NCBI RefSeq assembly: GCF_004010195.1 | Contig: NC_057752.1 | Coordinates: 3,217,487 to 3,281,486 of the forward strand | Length of the DNA: 64,000 nucleotides | Origin: Chiloscyllium plagiosum | Lineage: Eukaryota | Direction of reading: 5' to 3' | Shown: piece after piece, positions 48,731 through 61,743 of the stretch | How positions within the stretch are numbered: the stretch's first letter is position 1 | Layout of the letters: each line of letters begins with the position of its first letter | Translations under genes and position numbers: made by a program | The notes under the pieces: model-generated | Told to the model about the DNA's origin: nothing | What the model saw: only the letters and a program-made list of their open reading frames with translations | Database searches by the model: none

Positions 48731-49091
48731 ATTCTGGTCATTCTGCCCGCTGAGTCAGATGATGGCTGATCTTCTACCTCAGCTACACCTTCCCTACACT
48801 ACCTCCCCGTCCCCCCCACACCCCCCATACCCCTTCATTCCCTCAGCATTTGAGAAAATTGGTCAATCTCTGACTTCAAAAAGACTCACTGTCGAAGCAT
48901 TCACAATCGTGTGGAATGGAGATTTGTAAAGATTCATTCCTCCATGCTCCGAAACTCTCGAGAAAATGTGCCCATTCTGCTCAAGCACCTGGAACGCCCA
49001 ATAGCTTTGGCTGAACTTGTCTCAGAAAGGAAATCCTGGATTTTGAATAACTTGACTGTTGAAATTCTGTCTGGACCTATCCAGATAGGAT

Positions 49092-49510
49092 TTCAGTGGT
49101 TAGCACTGCTGCCTCACAGCGCCAGGGACCCGGGTTCGATTCCAGCCTTGGGCAACTGTCTGCGTGGAGTTTGCACATTCTCCCCGTGTCTGCGTGGGTT
49201 TCCTCCAGGTTCTCTGGTTTCCTGAAGAAGGGCTTATGCCCGAAACGTCGATTCTCCTGCTCCTTGGATGCTGCCTGACCTGCTGCGCTTTTCCAGCAAC
49301 ACATTTTCAGCTTTCCTCCCACAGTCCAAAGATGTGCAGGTTGGGGTGGATGGGCCATGGGAAATTGCCCCATAGCGTGCTGGGATGGGTTAGGTGGATT
49401 GCCGGGTTACAAGGTAGGTGGGGTGGGTCTGGGTGGGATGCCCTTCGGAGCGTCGGTATGGAGCCGATGGGCCAAATGGCCTGTTTCCATGCTGTAGAGA
49501 TTCTATGAGT
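49092..49510 (+). mobile_element. HE1-like SINE carrying a Penelope terminal fragment (~49221-49311)
   Basis: B-box GGTTCGATTCC; SINE body split at GGTTTCCT|CCCACAG. Confidence 0.87.
49219..49252 (+). ncRNA. Minimal hammerhead ribozyme motif inside SINE
   Basis: UC-CUGAAGA-A-GGGC(UUAU)GCCC-GAAA-CGUC-GA. Confidence 0.7.
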
Positions 49511-49745
49511 CTGTCTCAAACAGGAGATAGCATACTATTCCTCGATGTTGTCTGGCAGATGAGCTGTGAAAGCCAGGTATAGCCCTTGATGGAACAGAGT
49601 CAATCCTGTGGAGTACCAAAGAAATTGATTATTTGGCTATGCATCAGCTCTCATGCTATTTATTGGACCTTGATGCGGGCTAGCAAGGCATCCGTGGCCG
49701 CCCTCTGCAAAGGAGACGATTGGCTTTGAATTGCTTTGGGAGCAC

Positions 49746-50302
49746 ATAGAGTCATAGAGATGTACAGCATGGAAACAGACCCATCGGTACAACCCATCCA
49801 TGCCGACCCAACCCAACCCAACCCAATCGAGTCCCACCTACCAGCAACCGGCCCATATCCCTCCAAACCCTTCCTAATCATATACCCATCCAAATGCTGC
49901 TTAAATGTTGCAATTGTACCAGCCTCCACCACATCCTCTGGCAGCTCATTCCATACACGTACCACCCTCTGCATGAAAAAGTTGCCCCTTAGGTCTCTTT
50001 TATATCTTTCCCCTCTCACCCTAAACCTATGCCCTCTAGTTCTGGACTCCCCGTCCTGTACAGCCGCAACATGACCTCCCAACTCCTGTACTCAATACTC
50101 TGACCAATAAAGGAAAGCATACCAAACGCCTTCTTCACTATCCTATCTACCTGTGACTCCACTTTCAAGGAGCTATGAACCTGCACTCCAAGGTCTCTTT
50201 GTTCAGCAACACTCCCTAGGACCTTACCATTAAGTGTATAAGTCCTGCTAAGAGTTGCTTTCCCAAAATGCTGCACCTCGCATTTATCTGAATTAAACTC
50301 CA
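49746..50302 (-). mobile_element. CR1 ORF2 fragment with internal deletion
   Basis: MEFNSDKCEVQHFGK..DLGVQVHSSLKV; WNELPEDVVEAG. Confidence 0.93.
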
Positions 50303-51091
50303 TATCACATCGTTACACCAGCACAATTCCCTTCCCTGTGGCTGTTGTTGTACATTGCAAAACCTGGCTGAAGTTTACTATCCAACGTTACAAAGTGAGT
50401 GTGCGATAGCATGAGACTATTTTTAATCCAGTTAGCTCAAAGATCACTTATGAAAATTGCTGGGAGACTGTTGAGAGCGCGAGAGAGAAAAAGCTAACGC
50501 TGTAAAAGGAACATAATCAGAGTCAAATATCAAACCCATGCTTCATCATTAGTGTCTTGGATATGACAAAGCCAGCGTACAGACCTCGCTGAATTATTCA
50601 TCCGCCTATTAAATGAAACTACACACAGCTTCAAAAACTCCAAAGTGCTGGGACAAAATGTTGGATGAGCTGGATCTCAGCTAACATTGTGCATTGAAGG
50701 TTCCCTGTGGAAAGTCTCAGTAATTTAAAAAGTTGAGTTCGCCACTGATCGGGAGTATTTTCCACTGACACATCACAGGAAGGGGACATCAATGGACCTG
50801 TCACTTGAATGTACTGGAGTTATTTTTCCAACGTCAGTGAGGAAACTTCAGCGAGAACAAAAGCGGACTCGTCTCCGCCATGAATTGCTATTAATTTTTG
50901 CTTTAACGCGCTGAAGGACTGTCTCTTTGAATGATCAGTTTAACCATGCTTGCAATGTTAAGCAGGTGCTGCAACTGTGTAGCCTTCGTGGCATGGAAAC
51001 CAAGCAGAACCTCAGAGACAAGCAACACAAATTGAATCCTCGCTCTGCATGGCTCTCCCTATCCACTTCAAACTGGACCCCTTCCAACCTT

Positions 51092-51510
51092 CAGAGTCGA
51101 GATTACACTGGTGCTGGAAAAGCACAGCAGGTCAGGCAGCATCTGAGGAGCAGGAAAATCGATGTTTCAGGCAAAAGCCCTTCATCAGGAATGAAGGCGG
51201 GGAGCCTGCGGGGTGGAGAGATAAATGGGAGGGGGGGGTGGGGCTGGGGAAAAGGTAGCCAAGAGTACAATAGGTGGATGGAGGTGGGGATGAAGGTGAT
51301 AGGTCAGAGAGGAGGGTGGAGCAGATAAGGAAGATTGGCAGGTAGGACAGGTCATGAGGGCGGTGCTGAGCTGGAAGTTTGGAACTAGGGTGAGGTGGGG
51401 GGAAGGGGAAATGCGGAAATTGGTGAAGTCCACATTGAGGCCCTGGGGTTGAAGTGTTCCGAGGCGGAAGATGAGGCGTTCTTCCTCCAAGCATCGGGTG
51501 GTGAGGCCCA
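51092..51510 (-). mobile_element. Penelope-like 3' fragment (GIY-YIG end plus pLTR)
   Basis: LEEERLIFRLGTLQPQGLNVDF; CTGATGAAGGGCTTTTGCCTGAAACATC on the minus strand. Confidence 0.85.
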
Positions 51511-51665
51511 GATCCAACCTTCAGCCAAATCAAATTGCTGAGGTTTTATTCATCAAGGCATAACCGTGAGGAGGCTATCCTGAACTTGGATAAGACACTG
51601 CTCCAGCATCAGCTGGAGTATGACAACCAGTTCTGGGTGCTGTACTTTGGGAAGAATGTGTAAGG

Positions 51666-51699
<34 letters not shown>

Positions 51700-52137
51700 A
51701 GAGTGCAGGGAAGAGTTACTCGAATGGTTGCAGGGAGGAGGGACTCATGTTCGAAGGTGGGTCGGAGAAGTTGGGATAAATGCATAGAAGGCTGGAGAAA
51801 CTCAGCAGGTCTTTCAGCAGCTGTGCAGACGGAAAGAAAGATGGTGTTTCGGTTTCAATATTGGAGCCATTATTGGACTGAACCATTCGCTCCGCGAAAA
51901 GAGAAACAGAATTAATGTTTTGAGTCCACGATGGCTCTTATAGTGAAATCGAAACACCATCCCCCTTTCTTTCTGCACAGATACAAAAAGACCTCCTTGA
52001 CCATTCGATGTCCTTATTTCTGATCTCCAGCATCCGCAGCGTTTTGCTTTTGCATTGGAGAAATTGGGACTATTATCCCTGAAGAAGAGAAGGTAGGAGA
52101 GGAGATTTGAGAGATGCGTTCGAAATCGTGACTGCCT

Positions 52138-52900
52138 AGAGTCATACAGCCCGGGAACAGAACCTTCGGCTCAACCAGTCCATGCTGCCCATTATCCCAA
52201 ACTAACCTAGTCCCACCTGCCTGCTCCTGGCCCATGTCCCTCCAAACCTTTCCTATTCATGTATTTATCCCAATGTCTTGTAATTGTCTCCACATCCACC
52301 ACTTCCTCAGTAAGTTCATTCCACACACGAACCACCCTCTGTGTGAAAACAAATTCCCCTCATGTTTTTTTAAAATCTCTCTCCGCTCACCTTAAAAATA
52401 GTCTTGAAATCCCCCATCCTAGAGAAACAACAACTACCATTAATTCTATATCTACCCCCATGATCTTTTAAACCGAATTAAGGTCACCTCTCAACCTCCT
52501 ACGTTCCAGTGAAAAACGTCCCTGCCTATCCAGCCTTTCTTTCTAACTCAAGTCTTCCAGACCCGGCAACATCCTGGAAAAGTCGGGGAAAATTACGGCA
52601 GGTGCTGGAATCTGTTCTGAAAACAGCAAATGACGGAGATCAGAGCGGGTCGGGCAGCATCCGTGGAGAGAGAGCAAGCTAGCGTTTTGACTCAAGATGA
52701 CTCTTCATCAGAACATCCTGGTAAATCTCTTCCAAACCCTCTCCAGATTAATAATATCCTTCCTATAACAGGGCGACCAGAACTGGACACAGTATTCCAG
52801 ATGAGGCCTCACCAATGTCCTGTACAACCTCAACATAACATCCCAACTCCTATACTCAAAGGACTGAGCAATGCAGGCAAGTGTGCTAAACACATTTTTA
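52138..52900 (-). mobile_element. CR1 fragment interrupted by a Penelope terminal fragment (~52580-52712)
   Basis: [29 protein letters not shown] duplicated on both sides of the insert. Confidence 0.8.
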
Positions 52901-53074
52901 ACCATAATGGGAATGTTCTCTCCATTGGGAGAAGAGTCAAGAACCATAGGATACAGATTTAAGGTAATTGGCAAAACGCTGACAGGATGAAAAGGTTTTT
53001 CACACAGTGAATAGTTACGTTCTGGGGTACACTGCCTGACAGCATGATGGAGGAAGGCAAAGTTAGGGCATTTA

Positions 53075-53792
53075 TAGAGTCACAGAGATGTACAGAACGG
53101 AAACAGACCCTTCGGCCCACCACATCTATGCCGACCAGATATCCTAAGTTAATCGAGCCCAATGTGCCAGCACTTGGCTCATATCCCTCCAAACCCTCCT
53201 ATTCATATACCCATCCAAATGCCCTTTAAATGTTGCAATTGTACCAGCCTCCACCACTTCCTCTGGCAGCTCATTCCATACACGCACCATGCTCTTTGTG
53301 AAAAAGTTGCCCCTTAGGTCTCTTTTATATCTTCCCCTTCTCACCCTAAACCTATGCCCTCTAGTTCTGGACTCCCACACCCCAGAGAAAAGGCCTTGTC
53401 TATTTATCCTATCCATGCCCCTCATGATTTTATAAACCTCTCAGGTCACCCCTCAGCCTCCGATGCTCCAGGGAAAACAGCCCCAGCCTCTCCCTGTTCA
53501 GCCTCTCCCTGTAGCTCAAACCCTCCAACCCTGGCAACATCCTTGTAAATCTTTTCTGAACCCTTTCAAGTTTCACAACATCTTTCCGATAGGAAGGAGA
53601 CCAGAACTGCACGCAATATTCCAACAGTGGCCTAACCAATGTCCTGTACAGCTACAACATGACCTCCCAACTTCTATACTCAATGCTCTGAGCAATATAG
53701 GAAAGCATACCAAACGCCTTCTTCACTATCCTATCTACTGGCGACTCCACTTTCAAGGAGCTATGAACCTGCACTCCAAGGTCTCTTTGTTC
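53075..53792 (-). mobile_element. CR1 ORF2 3' fragment
   Basis: ORFs 53144-53425 and 53430-53639. Confidence 0.95.
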
Positions 53793-54034
53793 AAGAGGGA
53801 ATTTGACTGTTGTCTGAAAGGAAGAATGAGTTGAGTAATTTCCCTGTCAATCATGCCCAAAGTCAGCCCAGCTTCACATGATTGGGATTAGTTTTCTCCA
53901 CATCCTTTGTATTATCCTCCACTTACTATATTTTGTCAGCAAAATAATCCTGCTGTACTTGGGAGACTCTACAACAGTTTCAGGCACCAGACGGGGTATT
54001 CTGTAAATTAAACTGAGAACAACTGCCTTCGATT

Positions 54035-55040
54035 CAATATTTAACACTGGAGCCCCCCAGGGGTGTGTACTCAGCCCCTACTGTACTCACTGTATGCCCA
54101 TAACTGCATCACCAAATACCAGACTAATGCCATTTACAAGTTCGCTGATGACACCACCATAGTCGGTCGAATCTCAGATGGCGACGAAACAGACTACAGA
54201 TGTGAGGTGGAAGACCTGGAAAAATGGTGCACTGAGAACAACCCAGCTCTCAATGCTGGCAAAACCAAGGAACTCATTATTGACTTTCGGCAGGATGTTA
54301 CTCATGCCCCCCCTTCTCCCCCACACATTAACAGCACAGAGTGGAACCAGTGGGGAGTGTCAAGCTTCTGGGAGTGGGTCATCCACAACAAGCTTTCTTG
54401 GACTCTTCATGGGGGCGCACTGGTTACAAAGGCCCAACAACGTCTCTTCTTCCTCAGGCAGCTGAGGAAATTTGGCATGACGGCGAATACCCTTGCCAAC
54501 TTTTATAGGTGTGCCATCGAGAGCATTCTGTTTGGATGTATCACTATCTGGTATGACAACTGTACCATACAAGATCAGAGACGGTTACAGAGAGTGGTGA
54601 ACTTAGCTCAGACAATCACAAGGGCCAACCTCCCATCAATAGAATTCATCTACCAGGCCACTGTCAAGGAAAGGCAGCCAGCATTCTCAAAGATCCATCC
54701 CACCCTGGCAATGNNNNNNNNNNNNNNNNNNNNNNNNNNNNNNNNNNNNNNNNNNNNNNNNNNNNNNNNNNNNNNNNNNNNNNNNNNNNNNNNNNNNNNN
54801 NNNNNNNNNNNNNNNNNNNNNNNNNNNNNNNNNNNCTGTTGTTAGAATACTGAATGGACTCACAAACTCTTAACGTTCACCTGTACCTGTGTTTTGGTTT
54901 TTGCCGCTGTTTACCTATTATTTACTTATCTATTCTACTTAACTCTGTGACCTGCCTGTATTGCTTGCAAGACAAAGCTTTTCACTGCGCCTCGGTACAC
55001 ATGACAATAAATTCAATTCAATTCAACTCAATTCAATTCA
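54035..55040 (+). mobile_element. Rex1/Babar-like non-LTR retrotransposon RT fragment (frameshifted; N gap 54714-54835)
   Basis: NTGAPQG/PLLYSLY..YKFADDTTIVGRISDGDETDYR.EV..L..WC..N..LN..KTKELIIDFR..QRLFFLRQLRKFGM; AATAAA followed by (ATTCA)n tail. Confidence 0.88.
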
Positions 55041-55869
55041 TTGCTTACATAGCATTGTCAATATCTCCTCCTATCTTTTCTTTGGATCACCAGCCTTGAA
55101 TTCTGCATGTTAAAATGCTGTGGCCACTTACACATGCAAACAACGCTGTTGGTATTCTGTGCACTGAGGTAAACCCACTTGGATCGCAGATAATTTCAAT
55201 TATTCAAGCCGAAGAGGTCAATGAAAGGGCTGAGGTTGCACAAGGGAAAATAAACCTGTCAAGGTTCCATAATTCGATGGCTGGAATTCACAACATTTGC
55301 TTGTCTTTTATTCCAGCAAGGTCTGCACCTCCGTACAGAGAAGATCATCGGATCTGTCTGCCCTCCATTACACACATTTACACCACGCTGCATCCACAAG
55401 GCCACACACCCCTCACTCAAACTCTTCTCCCTCCTGCCATCTGGCAGCAGATACCAGAGCATTCGGACTCTCACAGCCAGACTGCGCAATAGATCCCCCC
55501 CCCAGCCCCCACCCCCCCCGCGGGCCCCCGGGCCATCACGTTCCTTCATACTGTATCATCACACTATTCCATTTGCAATTTTTGGACGACTTTTCAAATT
55601 GCTGCTAATACGATGTTTTATTAATGCTCATTCACTGCTACATTTTAATTTGTCCACCGCTGTACCTATTGTCTTGTCAGAAATTACTGTGCTCTCTTGC
55701 ATGTTTTGCATTTCTCTCTGCAGTTTATGCTGCTCTGTGTATGACTGTACTGTCTGAAAAATCCTGCTGTGACATTTTGTTGATTGAGGATGATTGTCCT
55801 CAGGCTTTGACTTTTTATCTCTCTGTCTCTCTCGCTCTCCAGCGACTTGTCTGTCCATTTCTGACTGCT

Positions 55870-56486
55870 TATGCTTTCCTTTATTGGTCAGAGTATTGAG
55901 TACAGGAGTTGGGAGGTCATGTTGCGGCTGTACAGGACATTGGTTAGGCCGCTGTTGGAATGTTGCGTGCATTTCTGGCCTCCTTCCTGTGGGAAGGATG
56001 TCGGGAAAGGGTTCAGAAAAGATTTACAAGGATGTTGGAGGGTTTGAGCAATAAGGAGAGGCTGAACAGGCTGGGGATGTTTTCCCTGGAGCGTTGGAGA
56101 CTGAGGGGTGACCTTATAAAGGTTTATAAAATCATGAGGGGCATGGATGGGATAAATAGACAAAGTCTTTTCCCTCGGGTGGGGAAGTCCGGAACTAGAG
56201 GGCATAGGTTTAGGTGAGAGGGGAAAGATATAAAAGAGACCTAAGGGGCAACTTTTTCACACAGAGGGTGGTACGGGTATGGAATGAGCTGCCAGAGGAA
56301 GTGGTGGAGGCTGGTACAATGACAGCATTTAAAAGGCATCTGGATGGGTTTATGAATAGGAAGGGTTCAGAGGGATATGTGCAGAGTGCTGGCAAATGGC
56401 ACTAGATTAGGTTAGGATATCTGGTCGGCATGGATGGGTTGGGCCGAAGGGTCTGTTTCCATGCTGTCCATCCCGATGACTCTATG
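55870..56486 (+). mobile_element. CR1 ORF2 3' fragment
   Basis: ORFs 55960-56217 and 56214-56405. Confidence 0.95.
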
Positions 56487-57208
56487 CTCATCTCTGATGC
56501 TGCCAAATCGTGACTTTCTCCATCCCTCTTGTCACCACCTCCTGAATTAGCCACATGATGTGTTTGGCAAGAGAGGGAGGAGTTGGTTGAACAGTGGCAT
56601 GTCCCAAGATGCTGGAGTTGAAACAGGATTTCTTAATCCCCGAACAGACTTCAGAGGACACTCACTTCAGTGCACATCAGATATGAATGATGGAAGCTTT
56701 TCCATTTTAATTAAATAAAGTCTGGTCTGATTCACCAAAGAAGCGTATTAAATTAAATAATTGATTAGACACAAGTATCGTCAGGTTAAACAAATACAAA
56801 CAGAAGGTAATTAATAACAGGAGTATTCCTTAATGCCTTTGCATTTCCTAAACGGATCTGCCATTGCGATTATTAATGCTTTACTGAGCCAGGGTTGGAG
56901 TAATATGCAGGCGAGAAATGCATCACCGTTTGTGCACTGAGTAAACCACCATCACAGAGATGATGAGACCCCTCTCTCTCACCTTGGGTCATCAGTCTGT
57001 CAAATTCTCTCCCCCAGAGACGTCGGGCCACCCAATATGATAGATCGACAAGGAGGTCAAAAGGTTAAAGGGGGGGATGGATAAGATGTGGAGTTGAGGC
57101 CACAGTCAGATCAGCTATGATCTTATGAAATGGCAGAGGGGGTTCGAGGGGTTGAATGGCCTACTTGCTGTCCTAATTCATAGAGTCGCAGAACGTGAAA
57201 GCAGAGAA

Positions 57209-57980
57209 ATATTATTAAATTGGAAACAAAATTATAAGAATGTTACCGGGTCTGGAAGGTTTGCGTTATAAGGAGAGGCCGTATAGAGTCATACAGCACG
57301 GAAACAGACCCTTCGGTCCAACCCGTCCATGCTGACCAGATATTCCAACCCAATCTAGTCCCACCTGCCAGCACTTTGCACATATCCCTCTGAACCTTTC
57401 CTATTCATATACCCATCCAGATACCTTTTAAATGCTGTCATTGTACCAGCCTCCACCACTTCCTCTGGCAGCTCATTCCATACCCGTACCACCCTCTGTG
57501 TGAAAAGATTGCCCCTTAGGTCCCTTTTATATCTTTCCCCTCTCACCTTAAACCTATGCCCTCTAGTTCTGGACTCCCCAACCCCAGGGAAAAGACCTGG
57601 TCTGTTCACCCTATCCATGCCCCTCATGATTTTCTAAATCTCTGTAAGGTCACTCCCTCAGCCTCCGACGCTCCCTGGTAAAAAAAGTCCCAGCCTATTG
57701 TGGGATTAGTTTAGTTTGGGAACATGGTCTGCATGGACGGGTTGGACCGAAGGGTCTGTTTCCATGTTGTATGACTCTATCCGGCCTCTCCTTATAACGC
57801 AAACCTTCCAGACCCACTAACATCCTTGTAATTTGTTTCTGTATGCTTTCCAATTTAATAATATCCTTCCTGTAGCAGGGAGACTAGAACTGCATGCAAT
57901 ATTCCAAAAGTGGCCTCACCAATGTCCTGTACAGCCGCAACATGACCTCCCAACTCCTGTACTCAGTGCACTGACTGACG
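57209..57980. mobile_element. Rearranged CR1 cluster with ~150-bp inverted arms
   Basis: 57209-57365 is the reverse complement of 57699-57864. Confidence 0.85.
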
Positions 57981-58494
57981 AAGGCAAGCAAACCAATCGA
58001 GGGGTGATACTGGGACGGGGGAGGCGTGTCAGATGGTGAATACTGGGGCGAATTGTGGAGGCAAAGGGCAACATGGAGTAGCATGGGACAGAAAGGCAGC
58101 TGCACACGCCAGAGGCAAGGCTGTATGGAGCAAGAGGCCTATGAGTTGAAGAGAGATAAAGCCACCAGCCACATGATCAGCAGACTTATGGGTGATGGGT
58201 AGGCTAAGAGTTTGAATTGAGGAAACACACAGCACGTTGCATATTTGTCTGGGAAGGCTCCCCCGAAGAAAGAGAAGCCTCGAAACAACACCAAGAGTGA
58301 GAATGTCAGTTGAAGTGAACAGTGTGGATCCATTTAAGGGCAAGCTGGACAAGTGTGTGAGACAGAGAAGGAAACAGAGGCAGACAATGACAGGTTTAGA
58401 TGAGGGAACTTGGCAAGTCGCTCAACTGGAAATGTAAGCACTAGGGTAAAGTCACAACACCAAATAGCCTGCATCTGTGCCATACCTTCTAAGT

Positions 58495-58996
58495 ATGAAA
58501 GAGTCCAGAAAAAATTTACAAGGATGTTGCCGGGGTTGGAGGATTTGAGCTATAGGGAGAGGTTGAATTGGCTAGGGCTGTTTTCCCTGGAGCATCGGAG
58601 GCTGAGGGGTGACCTTATCGAGGTTTATAAAATCATGAGGGGCTTGGATAGGGTAAATAGACAAGGTCTTTTCTCTGGGTTGGTGGAGTCCAGAACTAGA
58701 GGGCATAGGTTTAGGGTGAGAGGGGAAAGATTTAAAAGGGACCTGAGAGGCAACCTTTTCACTCAGAGGGCGGTGCGTGTATGGAATGAGCTGCCAGGGG
58801 GAGTGGTGGAGGCTGGTACAATGACAACATTTAAAAGGCATCTGGATGGGTATCTGAATAAGAAGGGTTTAGAAGGATATGAGCCAAATGCTGGCAGGTT
58901 CGACTAGATTGGGTTAGGATATCTGGTCGGCACGGACAGGTTGGACCCGAAGGGTCTGCTTCTGTGCTGTACAGCTCTCTGATGCTATGACTCTAT
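58495..58996 (+). mobile_element. CR1 ORF2 3' fragment
   Basis: ORF 58410-58907. Confidence 0.95.
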
Positions 58997-59997
58997 AAAT
59001 GGTGAAGAGTGGGACTTTGTACCTCAGAGAGATAGCCTACCCATCAGCCATGGGCCAATGATCATGTGGATGGTGTCAGTGGTGACTCTGTTGGTAGTAC
59101 GCTCGCCCACTCCAGTTCAAGTCCCACTCCAGAGAGTCGAGCTTGAAAATCCAGGTGGCTCTGAGGGAGTGCAGGGTGCTCTCGCCCTTGAGGGTAATGT
59201 TAAACGGAGGTTCCTGCTTTCTCAGGAGCCCGTGGCACTGTGGTCTGCTCCCCCTCTCATTTGCTGCCTTTATAACCGGAAGGGTGGTGGCAAAGCGAAG
59301 GAGGTTGGGGGCAGGTCGTACAATTTCGCTGCAAACTCCAAAGGCTGGGGATCCACAAAGAATGTCAACAAAGACTACAAGTACCCTCCACCCATACATT
59401 GACAGCAGTGGCACTGGGCTATTACCCAGAATGCTTCAGATGTAGACAGTGGTACGATTCAGAGTAACATAGAAAATGGGAGCAGGAATAGGCCATTCGG
59501 CCCTTTGAGCCTGCTTCATCATTCAGTATTATTGATCCTGACCTTTCAACTCAGTCCCCTGTTCCTGCTTTCGCTTCCATATCCTTTACTCCCTTTAGCC
59601 CGAAGAACTATATCAAACTCCCTTGTGAAAACATTCAATGTTTCGCTGTCAACAATTTTGGGTGGCAGAGAATTCCATCTCTGTGGGAAGACATTTCTCC
59701 TCGACGCAACAGCATATGGTTGAGGGCATTTGGCAGAGGATCAAGATTGTTCTCAATCAGATATGTACTAAATGATTCAAATAAGCTTCCAGCAGCCACT
59801 CTTTCCCTTTTATGTGTCTCTCCTTCTCTTCGCAATCCTGTTCCTACCCCGTTCCTTTCTTTAAGGCGTCTTCTGACATTTTCCACCCGAGAGGCCATTT
59901 TGGTTTCTTTGGTCATGGGATGCCATGCTGCCAACCCCAGTTGTTTCTGAACTGAGTGGCTGGCTGGACAGCTGAGAGTCCACCCCATTGCCAGAGA

Positions 59998-60180
59998 TAG
60001 AGATTGCTGGAAAAACTCGGCTGGGTGGGGGGGGGGGGGTGTCTGGCAGCATCAGTGGAGAGAAATCGGGGTGAGTGAGCTGAAAGGTTCACTCTGATTT
60101 CTCTCCACAGATGTTGCCAGACCCCCCTGCTGAGCTTTTCCAGCAATCTCTAGCACAGATTTGCAGCATCCACAGTCCTT
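59998..60180. mobile_element. Penelope-derived hairpin remnant
   Basis: AGATTGCTGGAAAA..TCTGGCAGCATC.GTGGAGAGAAATC / GATTTCTCTCCACAGATGTTGCCAGA..TTTTCCAGCAATCT. Confidence 0.75.
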
Positions 60181-61743
60181 TCACACATTGCTATGGGTCT
60201 GGAGTCACATGTAGGCCAGGCCTGGTAAGAGAGGCAGATTTCCTTCCCTTCAAGAACACGGGTGAATTAGACAGCCTCTGACAATTCAATGCCAGACTCT
60301 TTGATATTTTCCCTAACCAATGTGGTGCTATTACACCCCTCTGGAGCAGGTAGGACTTGAACTCAGGTCTCTGGCTGAGAGTCACTCTCGCTGCAGTCCC
60401 TTTTGATTGCAAATCTATTTATTGACTGTTAAATTCCATGAGCTCCCTTGGTGGGATTTGAACCCACGCACTCGAGTATGGGTCCAGCCCTATGGATGAC
60501 CAGCCTAGTGATATTGCCATTATTGCTTACATCTGCGAAGCACGTTCTTGGCCGTAAAATGCGTCCAAGACCTCCCAAGGTTGCAAGGTCTTTCGTTGCA
60601 ACATGACACAAACAACCCCAAACTCATTTCCCAGACAGCTCCTTGGCCTCCAAGCATCTGCTGATTTACTGCTCCCTGTGCTGGGAAGATTCACTAGAGA
60701 TCAGCACGCTCAGCTCTGCCTGAGGCTGACATTCTGTATCGGTGACAAGGCAATGTGTCGTGACACCAGTTTCTCACCAGAACATTCAGTCAAAAAAAAA
60801 TGTGTTTTTTTCTGCTCTGCAGCCCAGCACTGACGAAACAGAATAGCCTTGCAGCTCCCTCTGTCCCCAGGGAGACAAGTCAACACCTTCTGCGCTTTTC
60901 AAACACTGATCTATGCTCTTGTGCAGATAATTCCATTTATGAAAAAGAACCAAAAGTAATTTCAAGAAGGTTACAGACTGCAGCAAGTAAGCACATTTCT
61001 GATGAACTTGCACATCCTTTTTATTAAATCGCTGTTTATCGCATCTTATTGTTGAGAGAATATTTTGAACAGCTCCACACTATTAACTCCATATTCTTGG
61101 ACACAAGGCTGAGGAAGGGCAAATTTTCACTTTCACTGTGAGGGGATGAGGGTAAGTTATTGGTCTGAAATCGTCACATTTTCGTGAGGTACATGAACAC
61201 AGCCATCGTGCCCCATTTATCGCGATCTCGGTCCTCCCCGCTCACCTTTCTTGGTTATGTTCCACGGATGCTCTGCACTATCACTACTTCTTGCAATCTC
61301 CATTTTGAAAATTTTCATTTCACCTTTTTTGAGGGGAGAAAACTCCAAACCGTTTCTCTTTGCACTCGACATCACCCCTGACAAGCCTGGCTCAAATTTC
61401 CAGGTTGTGATCTCTTGTTTACGATTCCATCCATGGAGAAGAAATCATTTCTCTCTGTCTACCTTGTCAGAGCCTTTGAATCAGTTAACACCTTGTTTAG
61501 AGGATCCCTTAATCGTCTCACCTAAAGGGAGTCCGAGTCCAGCCTAGCAACATAATTTAACCTTCGACTTAAAGTCATTCTCGTGAATCTTTCCAACAGA
61601 TCTGAACAGGACAATGTATCTTTCCCTAAAATCTGTGAGATTTTTATGAGATCCCTTCTCTTGTGCGTGCAGCCAAGACAGACAGAAGACAAACTTGCCC
61701 TTCTATACACAAGCTTTACTTTTTTTACGCTTAGGATATGTTT

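Noticed and set aside
54063..54845. Functional reverse transcriptase gene
   Set aside because: 5'-truncated, frameshifted and gapped retrotransposon fragment
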